Assembly (NCBI GenBank): GCA_964440275.1
Contig: CAYTRR010000010.1
Coordinates: 58,808 to 122,807 of the forward strand
DNA from: an uncultured Spirochaetales bacterium
GTDB taxonomy: Bacteria; Desulfobacterota_D; UBA1144
Reading direction: 5' to 3'
Length of the DNA: 64,000 nt
This document shows positions 1-9,451 of this stretch, piece by piece (positions within the stretch are counted from its first letter, which is position 1; each line of letters starts with the position of its first letter). The translations under genes were made by a program, and so were the position numbers. A model generated the notes under the pieces. That model was not told where the DNA came from. It was given only the letters and a program-made list of their open reading frames with translations, and ran no database searches.

Positions 1-432
1 ACGGACATGTGGGATCATCCAAGCATTAAACCTTATGAAGAAGCAAGGGAATACCCTAAAGAATCTGTTTTTTCAGATAACTTACCTAGAGAGGAGTCAA
101 GAGACTATTACGAAGCAATTGAAAAAGGGCCTAATAGAGGAAAACAATCATTATCCAAAGGAAAGGTTCTTTACGACACTTATTGCTATGCATGTCATGG
201 AATGGAAGGAAAAGGGGATGGGCCTGTAATTGGGAACAACTTAAGACCAAAAAAGTATTTCTACCCTGTAGATTTATCTCAAAAACAAACTCAGAATAGA
301 ACTGATGGTTATATCTATGCGTATATTAGATACGGGGGCAAAGTAATGATGCCAGCTTATGGTAGGATTACGCCGAATGAAGCATGGGATTTAGTTTATT
401 ATGTTAGATACTTGCAAGGAAAAGTGAAATAG
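1..432 (+). CDS. Monoheme cytochrome c, C-terminal part. The gene runs off the 5' edge of the window. ActE-like subunit of alternative complex III.
   Basis: Single CxxCH heme motif (CYACHG). Reading frame is open from nt 1. Followed 9 nt later by an NrfD-like membrane subunit, as in ACIII actE-actF. Confidence 0.55.
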   Translation, partial: TDMWDHPSIKPYEEAREYPKESVFSDNLPREESRDYYEAIEKGPNRGKQSLSKGKVLYDTYCYACHGMEGKGDGPVIGNNLRPKKYFYPVDLSQKQTQNRTDGYIYAYIRYGGKVMMPAYGRITPNEAWDLVYYVRYLQGKVK

Positions 433-441
433 GGAAATAAA

Positions 442-1668
442 ATGAGTTCAGATACTTCAGACATGTTAGATAAAAAAATAGTTTTTCCAAATATTGTTGA
501 ATACTCCCTTCTTGGAGGTTTCTTAATAGGATTAATAACTTTTGTTTCTTCATTGGCCCTCGGACATCAAGATGTTGCTTGGTCTGCATTTCATCTTAAT
601 TTTGTTTTCTGGGCTGGAATTAGTCATGGTGGAGTAATTTTTGCTTGCGCTATGAGGATTACTAGTTCAAGCTGGGGAAGATCCTTAATGAGAATAAGCG
701 AGTCATTTGGATCTTTTCTACCTTTTGTTTTTATTTTTTTACTTATATTATTTTTAGGTAGAGAATACACATTGCCATATACAGTTTTAGGTTATAAAGA
801 AAAATGGCTTAATACTCCATTTGTATTCTTCAGAAGTATTATCTACATCGGAGTTCTTCATACTCTTATTTACTTTTATTTATATAATTCAATAAAACAA
901 GATTGCGTTGGGACAAAAAGATTTACAGGATTCTTTTCATTCTTGTCTTCAGATTCAGAAAAAAATGTAAATTATGATTCAATTCTATACAAACTTGCTA
1001 TAGCAATAGCATTTGCATATGCATTATCAATGAGCTTTCTGTCTTTTGATTTTATTATGTCTTTACACCCTCATTTTTATAGTACTTTATTTGGAGTTTA
1101 TTATTTTATTGCCTCCCTTCTAGGAGCACTAGGTCTTCTAATCATTCTATCTTCAATTTTTACTAATTATTTCAAACTTGATAAAATAATTACAGAATAT
1201 CAGTTTTATGATGCGGCTAAATTAATGTTCGGTCTATCGGTTTTTTGGCTTTACACTGTTTATTCACAGTTCCTTCCAATATGGTATGCAAATATGCCCG
1301 AAGAGACTGGTTTTATTGGGGCTAGAGTGTTTGAACAACCTTGGAAATCTCTTTCCTGGGTAACAGTAACCGCAGTTTTTGTTATTCCTTTTGTTTCTCT
1401 TATCCCTAGAACAACAAAAATTGTGAAACCCGTAATGGCTACAATTGCAGCGGTTTCCTTCTTTGGATTATTTCTTGAGAAAATTGTTCTTATATACCCT
1501 TCAATAACACATCATCATTTTCATTTTGGAATTGAAAGCATATTGATTTCTTTAGGTTTTCTTTCATTATTCTTATTATGTGTTGTAAGATTTTTAGGAT
1601 ATTTCCCTATATTTGGGTTCAAGGATAAATATTTAATTAAAAAAATATCTAAAGGAGATAAACATTAA
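442..1668 (+). CDS. NrfD/PsrC-family polytopic membrane protein, ActF-like subunit of alternative complex III
   Basis: 408 aa, about 10 predicted TM helices, NrfD-like composition. Tightly follows the cytochrome c gene. Confidence 0.55.
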   Translation: MSSDTSDMLDKKIVFPNIVEYSLLGGFLIGLITFVSSLALGHQDVAWSAFHLNFVFWAGISHGGVIFACAMRITSSSWGRSLMRISESFGSFLPFVFIFLLILFLGREYTLPYTVLGYKEKWLNTPFVFFRSIIYIGVLHTLIYFYLYNSIKQDCVGTKRFTGFFSFLSSDSEKNVNYDSILYKLAIAIAFAYALSMSFLSFDFIMSLHPHFYSTLFGVYYFIASLLGALGLLIILSSIFTNYFKLDKIITEYQFYDAAKLMFGLSVFWLYTVYSQFLPIWYANMPEETGFIGARVFEQPWKSLSWVTVTAVFVIPFVSLIPRTTKIVKPVMATIAAVSFFGLFLEKIVLIYPSITHHHFHFGIESILISLGFLSLFLLCVVRFLGYFPIFGFKDKYLIKKISKGDKH

Positions 1669-1817
1669 TGGATTCAGAAAGTGACAAACTAGGAAGAGCT
1701 GGAGCGATAGGGCTTGCTATAGGAGTAGTCGGCTTTATATCTTTATTGGTTGTAATATCTATGTTAGGACCTTTTATCCCAAAAATTATAAGAATTATAG
1801 GTGGTATAGTAAACTAA
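1668..1817 (+). CDS. Small hydrophobic protein (49 aa, one TM helix), not in the ORF track. Possibly a small ACIII-associated subunit.
   Basis: ATG overlaps the TAA stop of the upstream gene (TAATG at 1666-1670). Translation is MDSESDKLGRAGAIGLAIGVVGFISLLVVISMLGPFIPKIIRIIGGIVN. Translational coupling is suggested. Confidence 0.35.
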   Translation: MDSESDKLGRAGAIGLAIGVVGFISLLVVISMLGPFIPKIIRIIGGIVN

Positions 1818-1824
1818 TTCTTAT

Positions 1825-2823
1825 ATGAAGAAGAAAGTTACATACGCAAATTCAGGAGTTAGTGTAGATAAAGGGGATCAATTTGTTAAAACAATACAAC
1901 CCTTTATAAAAAAAACTCTGACTAACGATGTTGTAGGCTCAACCACATCTTTTGCTGCCCTTTATTCATTAGAAAAAAAACAAAATTACAATAGACCTAT
2001 ATTGGTAGCATGCACAGACGGTGTAGGAACTAAAATTGAGCTTGGAACTAAGACCAATAAGATTAAAAACCTAGGTGAAGATTTGGTAGCTATGTGCATT
2101 AATGATTTAATTTGTACAGGAGCCTCCCCCTTATTCTTTCTCGATTATCTGTCAACATCTAAATTGGAAATTAAATATCATTCAAAAATTATTAAAGGTA
2201 TTACAGAAGGGTGTATAAAATCAAAGTGTTCTTTAATTGGTGGAGAAACAGCAGAAATGCCAGGAACATACAAGTCAAAAGATTTTGATTTAGCAGGATT
2301 TGCAGTTGGCATAGTAGACAGAAAGGATCTTATAGATTCAAAGAAAATAAAAAAGGGTGATTTGCTAATCGGCATTCGCTCGAATGGTATTCATTCAAAT
2401 GGCTATTCTTTAATAAGAAAGCTTTTCTTTGATAAGAAGAAAAAATATCTTAGGGACACTAAGTTCGTGAATGCTTTAATGAGACCAACAAGAATTTATT
2501 TTAATTTAATTAATAGAATTAAAAAAAAGGTAAAGATTAAAGGTATTGCGCATATTACAGGAGGAGGACTTCTTGGAAATATTCCAAGAATAATCCCAGA
2601 GAATTTAGATTTCGATTTGTATCAAGATTCATGGCATACACCACAAATTTTCAATATTATAAGCGAACATTCAAAACTTAGCACTCAAGAAATGCTCTCC
2701 ATCTATAATATGGGAATTGGTATGGTTATATGTATAGAAGAAAAAGAATTAGCTAATTTGAACAAATCTTTTAAATTATTAAAAGAGAAATTTTATGTAA
2801 TAGGTAGAGTAAAATCACGTTGA
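1825..2823 (+). CDS. purM: Phosphoribosylformylglycinamidine cyclo-ligase (AIR synthetase)
   Basis: PurM-like N-terminus (VTYANSGVSVDKGDQFV), DGVGTK motif, typical length of 332 aa. Confidence 0.9.
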   Translation: MKKKVTYANSGVSVDKGDQFVKTIQPFIKKTLTNDVVGSTTSFAALYSLEKKQNYNRPILVACTDGVGTKIELGTKTNKIKNLGEDLVAMCINDLICTGASPLFFLDYLSTSKLEIKYHSKIIKGITEGCIKSKCSLIGGETAEMPGTYKSKDFDLAGFAVGIVDRKDLIDSKKIKKGDLLIGIRSNGIHSNGYSLIRKLFFDKKKKYLRDTKFVNALMRPTRIYFNLINRIKKKVKIKGIAHITGGGLLGNIPRIIPENLDFDLYQDSWHTPQIFNIISEHSKLSTQEMLSIYNMGIGMVICIEEKELANLNKSFKLLKEKFYVIGRVKSR

Positions 2824-2854
2824 CAACTTACGTATTGATAAACTTCAAACTATC

Positions 2855-3646
2855 CTAAAAATCCCATGCGCCAGGTGCATAATAAAATGCAACTCTTATA
2901 TTCAGTTTTTGTAGGTCCCCCCAGGATTTAGGAAAAGGTGGGTACGGGGCAGCTGTTACAATAGATGATTTCGATTCATAATCTAATCTCTGAAATCCAG
3001 AGGACTGTAAGATTTTAACATCAATTAGTTTTCCATCACGACTGATTGACATCTTAACGAGCACTTTCCCCACTTCCCCTCTGTTTCTAGATTCTGGTGG
3101 ATACTCCCAAACCATTTCTATTTTTCTTTTAATCTTCAACATATAGGAGACATATTTAAATTCTTTTGTATTTAAATCGACTGTATCTTCTATTTGCGAT
3201 TCCGTTGAAGATATTTTCGGCTTAAATATAGTAGACTGTTTTTGCAAAGAATCTATTTCTTTTTTATTATCATTTTTGTCTTCTTTAAGTTTCTTTGCAG
3301 ATTTCTTTAGATCACCTCGTTTATCATCTTCTTCTGTTTTTATTTCTTCTTTTTTAGATGAAGCACTTTGATTTGTTTTAGCAGAAGGAGGACTATAATT
3401 TTTAATTCTATTATTGGGTGATTTTTCTTTATCCGCTTTATTTGTATTTTTAGCCAATCTTTTTGCATTATTGTCTATGTCGTTATATTCATGTTCAATT
3501 TGCGTTATTTCTATATACTTAATTGGTTTTTTATATATAAAATTGAAATCACTAAAAATAATAGCAAATACAAATATAAGTAGATGTATCAAAATCGATG
3601 ATAATAGAAAATAGTCCTTATTAATTCTTTTAATTATTTTGTCCAC
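2855..3646 (-). CDS. TonB-family energy transducer: N-terminal TM anchor, Lys/Glu-rich linker, TonB C-terminal domain
   Basis: N-terminal hydrophobic anchor, charged low-complexity linker, C-terminal motif (VGKVLVKMSISRDGKLIDVKILQSSG...YPPFP). Confidence 0.6.
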   Translation of the reverse strand: MDKIIKRINKDYFLLSSILIHLLIFVFAIIFSDFNFIYKKPIKYIEITQIEHEYNDIDNNAKRLAKNTNKADKEKSPNNRIKNYSPPSAKTNQSASSKKEEIKTEEDDKRGDLKKSAKKLKEDKNDNKKEIDSLQKQSTIFKPKISSTESQIEDTVDLNTKEFKYVSYMLKIKRKIEMVWEYPPESRNRGEVGKVLVKMSISRDGKLIDVKILQSSGFQRLDYESKSSIVTAAPYPPFPKSWGDLQKLNIRVAFYYAPGAWDF

Positions 3647-3942
3647 TGTATCAATATTAATTTATTTTTTTGAATGTATCATTATTTTATGTACAAAAAA
3701 CGTGAATTCTGTTGTTATATAGGTGTTTTTCTTACATTTCTTTTCATTTCAAATTCTTACATTTATTCAATGAAATCTCCAAGAGAAAGATGGAATTACA
3801 ATAAAAGTGAAGATACAATTGAACATCATCAAAGAAACGTTAAAATAAACGAAAATAGGTATAAATTAAATAAAATTAAAAATTTAAAATACAAAGATAA
3901 CAAAAAGGATAAAAAACATAGACCTGGTTCACCCAGAGATCG

Positions 3943-4632
3943 ATGGTAAGAGTTAAAAGAATGAGATTAAATAAGCAGATTTATATTTTTATTTTTGCAG
4001 TTTTTTTTGTTAGTTGTTCTACAACTAAAGACATCTGGAACAAAAGACCAGATTGGATGATGCCAGACAAAAATAAAGTTGAATTGCAAGCTGACATACC
4101 TAATGACTTGATTACCGGATTCAATCTTTCTTCCTCAATAGGTCAGACAAAAAAAATGATTAAAGATAATAATTTATCGTATAAAAAAGAAAGAATAGAG
4201 AAAAGAACTAAAATAGAATCTTATAGGTTTGATGGGACTCTTTTCGATACAAAAAATCTTTTTGCATACAAAAAAGCTACATCAGCAGTGGACTTTTTTG
4301 ATGGCACCATGTTGTCATCAAGAGTATCTATAGATGCGATTAGTGATGAAAATTTAGAAGAAATAGTCAACGCAGTTTATCAGCTTTTAGTTAATTTCTA
4401 TTCTAATCCTTTATCAGAAACTTCTATTTACTCTTTTCAAACTTACAAATGGGATATCGATAATGTAGAAGTCTTTTTGTCTATAGATAAAGAACAAAAA
4501 TCTGTTCTAATATCTGAAGTTAATTCTAAAGTTGAAGAATCAAGAAGCTTCCAAGAGTTTAAAGATGAATTTATTGAAGAATATCAAACTTATGAAGAAG
4601 AAGTTCGATATGGAAAAAAAGAAAAAAGATAA
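3943..4632 (+). CDS. Hypothetical lipoprotein with an acidic C-terminus
   Basis: Signal peptide with a lipobox-like FFVSC. No recognisable domain. Confidence 0.35.
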   Translation: MVRVKRMRLNKQIYIFIFAVFFVSCSTTKDIWNKRPDWMMPDKNKVELQADIPNDLITGFNLSSSIGQTKKMIKDNNLSYKKERIEKRTKIESYRFDGTLFDTKNLFAYKKATSAVDFFDGTMLSSRVSIDAISDENLEEIVNAVYQLLVNFYSNPLSETSIYSFQTYKWDIDNVEVFLSIDKEQKSVLISEVNSKVEESRSFQEFKDEFIEEYQTYEEEVRYGKKEKR

Positions 4633-4638
4633 AGATTT

Positions 4639-6600
4639 TTAATTTGCAGCTTCCACAATCTTAGCAAAATCTAACATTATTTCGTTAAGAGAATAATCTT
4701 TAGGTGTGTAAATTGCTTTAACGCCAAGATTTTTGAGTATAGCATGGTCTTCATCGGGTATGATTCCACCGACAATAAGTGGTGTAGCGTCAAAGCCTTT
4801 TTCACCAAGCAATTCCATTATTCTTGGAACTATTGATAGATGAGAACCAGATAATATACTAAGTCCAACTAAATCAACATTTTCTTGTTCCACAGTGCTT
4901 ACAATTTCTTGTGGTGTTAATCTGATACCATGATATATAACTTCCATTCCAACGTCTCTAGCACGAACTGCAATTTGTTCTGCGCCATTAGAATGACCAT
5001 CTAAGCCTGGTTTGCCTACAAGTATTTTTAAAGGCCTCCCAAGTTTCTTGTTTACTAAACCGACTTTTTCTCTTACTCCTTCTGTCGATTTATCGTCAAT
5101 GTTTGCTGAAACCGATGTACCTGTAGGTGGTCTATACTCACCAAGAACTTCTCTCAAAGTATTTGCCCACTCTCCAGTCGTAATTCCATTAGATGCACAT
5201 TGAATTGATATTGGCATTATATTCTCATTGTTTTCCAAAGCCTTTTTTAAATTTTTTAAAGATTCGTCCACAACCTTTTGATTCCTATTTTTCTTGTATT
5301 TCTTTAATGAATTTGTTTTATCTTTTGCTGTTTTTTCATCAACTTTTTGTATTGACTCATCTACTAACAAGGGAGATTTCTCAGTTTCCTTGTAGCAGTT
5401 TACACCTATAATTTCTTTTTTATTTGTTTCTATATCATATGATCTTTGTGAAAGTGAAGATACTAATGATTCTTTCATGTAACCATTTTCTAGAGCTACA
5501 GTTGTACCACCCATACCTTCAATCTTATCAATCTCTTCATATGCTTCAGATTTTAATTGATTAACTTTTTCTTGGATTATAGGAGACCCATCAAATAGGT
5601 CAGAATATTCTAATAGGTCTGTTTCATAAGCTAGGATTTGTTGAAATCTAAGCGACCATTGCTGATCCCACGGTTTTGGTAGCCCCAGTGCTTCATTCCA
5701 GCCAGGAAGTTGAATCGCTCTTGCTCTTGCATTTTTGCTTAAGGTAACAGCGAGCATCTCAATAATGATTCTGGCTACATTGTTTTCAGGTTGCTGTGCT
5801 GTTAATCCAAGAGAATTAACTTGTACACCATACCTAAACCTTCTATATTTTGGATCTTCGACTTTGTATCTTTTAAGACATATTTCGTCCCACATCTCAG
5901 TAAAAGCCCTCATTTTACATAATTCTTCAACGAACCGTATGCCGGCATTTACAAAGAAGGATATTCTTCCTACCACATTTGGAAATTCATTTTCAGAAAT
6001 TTCTCCAGAATCTTTAACTGCATCAAGTATGCATATTGCGTTTGAAAGTGAAAATGCTATTTCTTGAACCGGGGTCGCTCCTGCTTCTTGTAAGTGATAG
6101 CTACATATATTCGTAGGGTTCCATTTCGGTATATTTTTGTAGCAAAAAACAATCATATCAGAAATTAATTTAATAGATTCTTTGGGCGGATAAATATAAG
6201 TACCCCTAGATAGATATTCTTTGATAATGTCGTTCTGTGTTGTTCCTTGAAGGTTTTTTAGCTCTACATTGTTCTCTTCTGCAGTTGCACAATATAATGC
6301 AAGTAACCATGCAGCGGTTGCATTTATAGTCATCGAAGTGTTCATTTTGTCTAGAGGTATTCCATTAAAAAGAGCTAGCATATCTTCCATGTTTGAGATA
6401 GGCACCCCAACTTTCCCAACTTCACCTTCAGACAATATATGATCAGAGTCATATCCAGTTTGAGTAGGAAGATCAAAAGCTATACTTAGGCCGGTTTGTC
6501 CTTTGGATAAATTAGTCTTGAAGAGTTTGTTTGAGGCCTCAGCAGTACTATGTCCCGCATAGGTTCTCATTATCCAGGACCTGTCTTTTGTTTGACTCAT
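4639..6600 (-). CDS. Coenzyme B12-dependent acyl-CoA mutase, fused catalytic and B12-binding domains (methylmalonyl-CoA/ethylmalonyl-CoA mutase family)
   Basis: 653 aa. Mutase barrel followed by a C-terminal B12-binding domain with a DxHxxG-type motif (GLDGHSNG). Substrate class is not determinable by eye. Confidence 0.85.
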   Translation of the reverse strand: MSQTKDRSWIMRTYAGHSTAEASNKLFKTNLSKGQTGLSIAFDLPTQTGYDSDHILSEGEVGKVGVPISNMEDMLALFNGIPLDKMNTSMTINATAAWLLALYCATAEENNVELKNLQGTTQNDIIKEYLSRGTYIYPPKESIKLISDMIVFCYKNIPKWNPTNICSYHLQEAGATPVQEIAFSLSNAICILDAVKDSGEISENEFPNVVGRISFFVNAGIRFVEELCKMRAFTEMWDEICLKRYKVEDPKYRRFRYGVQVNSLGLTAQQPENNVARIIIEMLAVTLSKNARARAIQLPGWNEALGLPKPWDQQWSLRFQQILAYETDLLEYSDLFDGSPIIQEKVNQLKSEAYEEIDKIEGMGGTTVALENGYMKESLVSSLSQRSYDIETNKKEIIGVNCYKETEKSPLLVDESIQKVDEKTAKDKTNSLKKYKKNRNQKVVDESLKNLKKALENNENIMPISIQCASNGITTGEWANTLREVLGEYRPPTGTSVSANIDDKSTEGVREKVGLVNKKLGRPLKILVGKPGLDGHSNGAEQIAVRARDVGMEVIYHGIRLTPQEIVSTVEQENVDLVGLSILSGSHLSIVPRIMELLGEKGFDATPLIVGGIIPDEDHAILKNLGVKAIYTPKDYSLNEIMLDFAKIVEAAN

Positions 6601-6614
6601 CGTATGATTATACT

Positions 6615-7649
6615 CTAATCAGCTGAGCTTAGTATGTCATATCCAGTGATTGACTTACTCTTCTCCGCCATCGAATCTAAATATTCTTTATCTACTAATC
6701 CTGCAAGATGAGCTTTAGAAACTCGCATGAGAGCAATTTTTGCAGTAGCCTCATCAATCATTTCCCCAGTCTCTGGGTTGAACATTGAGCCACCACCCAT
6801 TTCATGATAAAACTCTAACTGTTGCTTAGCTTCTTTAATTTGTTGGTCGTTTGGCGTGAAGGCATTATTTGAAATAATAGCTTGTTGTGGATGAATAACC
6901 CAAGTTCCGTCCATGCCTATTAGAGCAGATCCTTCAACTTTCTTTCTTAAACCTTCTTCTACTTTTTTTACTTGCTCAGGACTATCGTCTTTTCTCCAGA
7001 GACCAAGATAGACGTTATCAATAGCATGAAGACCCGCAGCTTTAGCAGCAGTAATTACAGCTTTTTTCTCATAATAAAAGACTTCATTCTGAGCATCTAA
7101 ACAAGCACTTGGATCTACTCCTAACTCAGCTGTATAGTCAGCAATACCAAAGATCAAGCCCGCCATTCTTGAAGATGCTTTAGCCATATCAAAAGCATAT
7201 TCAAGAGCTCTAGGTCTTTCTATTAAAGCTTCAATTGCTAATCTAGTTTTCCAACCATTTTTGGATTCTAGTTCATCCAAGGTGTCAGAAACAAGTTCTA
7301 CATCTTCTGGTCCATTACATTTAGGTATTATAATCCCGTGAAACTTATCAACTGCTCCACTTAAAACGGCTTCCATATCACCTCTAAAAAATTCAGATCT
7401 TAAATTATTTGGACGTACTGTTATAACTTTTTTTCCAAAATCTAAAGTATTTAAAGCCTCAACCATTGTGGCTCTACTTTGATCGCCTTTGAACTCATAA
7501 GGACATGCGTCCTCCAGATCTGCCATTACGTGGTCAACAGGAGTTTTCTCCGCATTTGCTGCATTTGCATGTAGCTTCATATTGTGACCAGGATATGTTA
7601 ACTCAGTTCTTGGTACTACAATTCGTGTTCCTTCATCTAATATAAACAA
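6615..7649 (-). CDS. HpcH/HpaI-CitE family CoA-ester lyase, malyl-CoA/beta-methylmalyl-CoA/citramalyl-CoA lyase-like
   Basis: 344 aa. N-terminal region resembles Chloroflexus-type MclA. CitE-like core. Confidence 0.55.
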   Translation of the reverse strand: MFILDEGTRIVVPRTELTYPGHNMKLHANAANAEKTPVDHVMADLEDACPYEFKGDQSRATMVEALNTLDFGKKVITVRPNNLRSEFFRGDMEAVLSGAVDKFHGIIIPKCNGPEDVELVSDTLDELESKNGWKTRLAIEALIERPRALEYAFDMAKASSRMAGLIFGIADYTAELGVDPSACLDAQNEVFYYEKKAVITAAKAAGLHAIDNVYLGLWRKDDSPEQVKKVEEGLRKKVEGSALIGMDGTWVIHPQQAIISNNAFTPNDQQIKEAKQQLEFYHEMGGGSMFNPETGEMIDEATAKIALMRVSKAHLAGLVDKEYLDSMAEKSKSITGYDILSSAD

Positions 7650-7671
7650 TCTTGTTTCCTCCTAAAGAAAT

Positions 7672-8835
7672 CTATTTATTTAAAATTGACTTAGCAATAA
7701 CTTCGTGTTGAATTTCGCTTGTACCCTCGAAAATACTTATTACTCTGCCGTCTCTCCAGTATCTTTCAACTGGAAACTCTTTAGAGTATCCGTATCCGCC
7801 AAGTATTTGCATGGCCTCTCTCGTTATAAACTCTACAGCTTTTGCAGCTTTTACTTTTGCCATGCCAGCTTCTAAATCACATCTTTTTCCAGAGTCTTTC
7901 ATAGAGGCAGCATAGTAAACGAGTTGCCTAGCGGCCTCAAGCTCAACTGCCATCTCAGACAGTTTCATTCTAATTGCTTGATGTTCACAAATTGGCTTAC
8001 CAAATTGCTCCCTTTCTTTTGAGTACTGTAAAGCGAAATCAAAAGCAGCTTGAGATACCCCTACTGCTCTAGCAGCTGTCTGGAGCCTAGCTGATTCATA
8101 ACTAACCATTAATTGATAGAAGCCTTTGTTTTCTTCTCCACTTAAAAGATTTTCTTCGGGTACAAAAACATCTTCAAAGGCTAAGTTGTACGACCTCATA
8201 CCATGATAGCCTACTGTGGGTATTGGCTCTCCCTTTATATTAGGATGATCAATTTTTTCTCCTGGCTCTTTATCTACAAAAAATATACTTAATCCCTTAT
8301 GTCTTTTGCTTGCATCAGGATCTGTCCTTGCTAGAACTATTAAGCAATTTGAGCGATTTGCAAAAGTACACCATGCTTTTGCACCATTAAGTAGATAGCC
8401 TCCATCAGTTTTTGTAGCCTTCAGTCGCATGCTAGCAGAGTCTGAACCAGAATCAGGTTCAGTAAAGGCAGCTGCCGGTAAAATTTGGCCAGTTGCAAGC
8501 CCGGGTAAATATTTTTTTTTCTGATCTTCAGTGCCGTGTGCCATTAACAATGTCCCCATTATAACACCTCGAGTCATAACACTACCGACACTAAGCCATC
8601 CTTTGCTTAGCTCTTCAGCAACTATTGCCATTGTTATATTATCAAGACCTAAGCCGTCGTATTCTTCGGGGAACACGATGCCAAAATAACCTTGTTCAGC
8701 CATTTTTTGTATAATTTCAGTAGGTATTTCAGCATTCTTTGCATCTAATTCTGAAGCTATAGGTTCAATCTCTTCCTGAGTAAATCTTCTCACAGCATTT
8801 CTAAATTCTTCGTGGTCATCATTAACTAAAGACAT
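7672..8835 (-). CDS. Acyl-CoA dehydrogenase (short/branched-chain type)
   Basis: 387 aa, canonical ACAD N-terminal, middle and C-terminal signatures (GYGYSKEFPVERYWRD). Confidence 0.85.
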   Translation of the reverse strand: MSLVNDDHEEFRNAVRRFTQEEIEPIASELDAKNAEIPTEIIQKMAEQGYFGIVFPEEYDGLGLDNITMAIVAEELSKGWLSVGSVMTRGVIMGTLLMAHGTEDQKKKYLPGLATGQILPAAAFTEPDSGSDSASMRLKATKTDGGYLLNGAKAWCTFANRSNCLIVLARTDPDASKRHKGLSIFFVDKEPGEKIDHPNIKGEPIPTVGYHGMRSYNLAFEDVFVPEENLLSGEENKGFYQLMVSYESARLQTAARAVGVSQAAFDFALQYSKEREQFGKPICEHQAIRMKLSEMAVELEAARQLVYYAASMKDSGKRCDLEAGMAKVKAAKAVEFITREAMQILGGYGYSKEFPVERYWRDGRVISIFEGTSEIQHEVIAKSILNK

Positions 8836-8981
8836 AAAATTCTCCTAATAGATAAATATTTAATGTTTAAGGCAAAACATACAGTCTTTAATTATACATT
8901 GCAATTGCTCAAATAAAAGAAAAAAGAGTCCAAATACTTATATATTTAGTGTAAAATGAATTTAAAAAGAGGGGGAATAAA

Positions 8982-9449
8982 ATGGATTTCACACATATCA
9001 ATATAGAGTTAGAAAGCGGTACAGTTAAGATTAAATTGAGAACAGATCTTGCTCCCAATCATTGCGAAAGGGTAGCTGAATTGGCGAATGAAGGTTTTTA
9101 TGATGGAGTAGTTTTTCATAGAGTAATACCAAATTTTATGGCCCAAACTGGGGATCCCACGGGAACTGGTACAGGAGGTTCTAATAAGCCAGACTTAAAG
9201 CAAGAGTTTAGCCCAGAGAACCATTTACGTGGAACAGCTTCTATGGCTAGGTCCCAAAATCCAGATTCTGCAAATTCTCAATTCTTTATATGCTTTCAAG
9301 ATTGCTCATGGCTTGACGGACAATATACAGTTTGGGGACAGGTAGAGGAAGGGATGGAACTTGTTGATGGAATCAAAAAAGGTACCGATGAAAGTGGTGT
9401 AGTAGAGAACCCTGACAAAATGATTAAAGTAACAGCAGAGAAGGAATAA
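8982..9449 (+). CDS. Peptidyl-prolyl cis-trans isomerase, cyclophilin type
   Basis: FHRVIPNFMAQTGDPTGTGTGG motif. 155 aa. Confidence 0.85.
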   Translation: MDFTHINIELESGTVKIKLRTDLAPNHCERVAELANEGFYDGVVFHRVIPNFMAQTGDPTGTGTGGSNKPDLKQEFSPENHLRGTASMARSQNPDSANSQFFICFQDCSWLDGQYTVWGQVEEGMELVDGIKKGTDESGVVENPDKMIKVTAEKE

Positions 9450-9451
9450 TT

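Noticed and set aside
3674-3949. 91 aa ORF with a Lys/Asn-rich low-complexity tail
   Set aside because: It overlaps the start of the lipoprotein gene, has a composition-driven sequence, and no RBS was noticed. Probably not a gene. It is mentioned in a finding only as an oddity.
5012-6067. Several plus-strand ORFs (5012-5203, 5193-5411, 5735-6067) inside the mutase gene
   Set aside because: They are antisense to a well-supported 653 aa CDS and have no motifs. The same reasoning applies to the other short antisense ORFs in the track (for example 404-589, 2178-2375, 3414-3614, 13484-14239, 15432-15656, 26009-26341, 36110-36715, 43300-43716, 47113-47802, 53566-54097).
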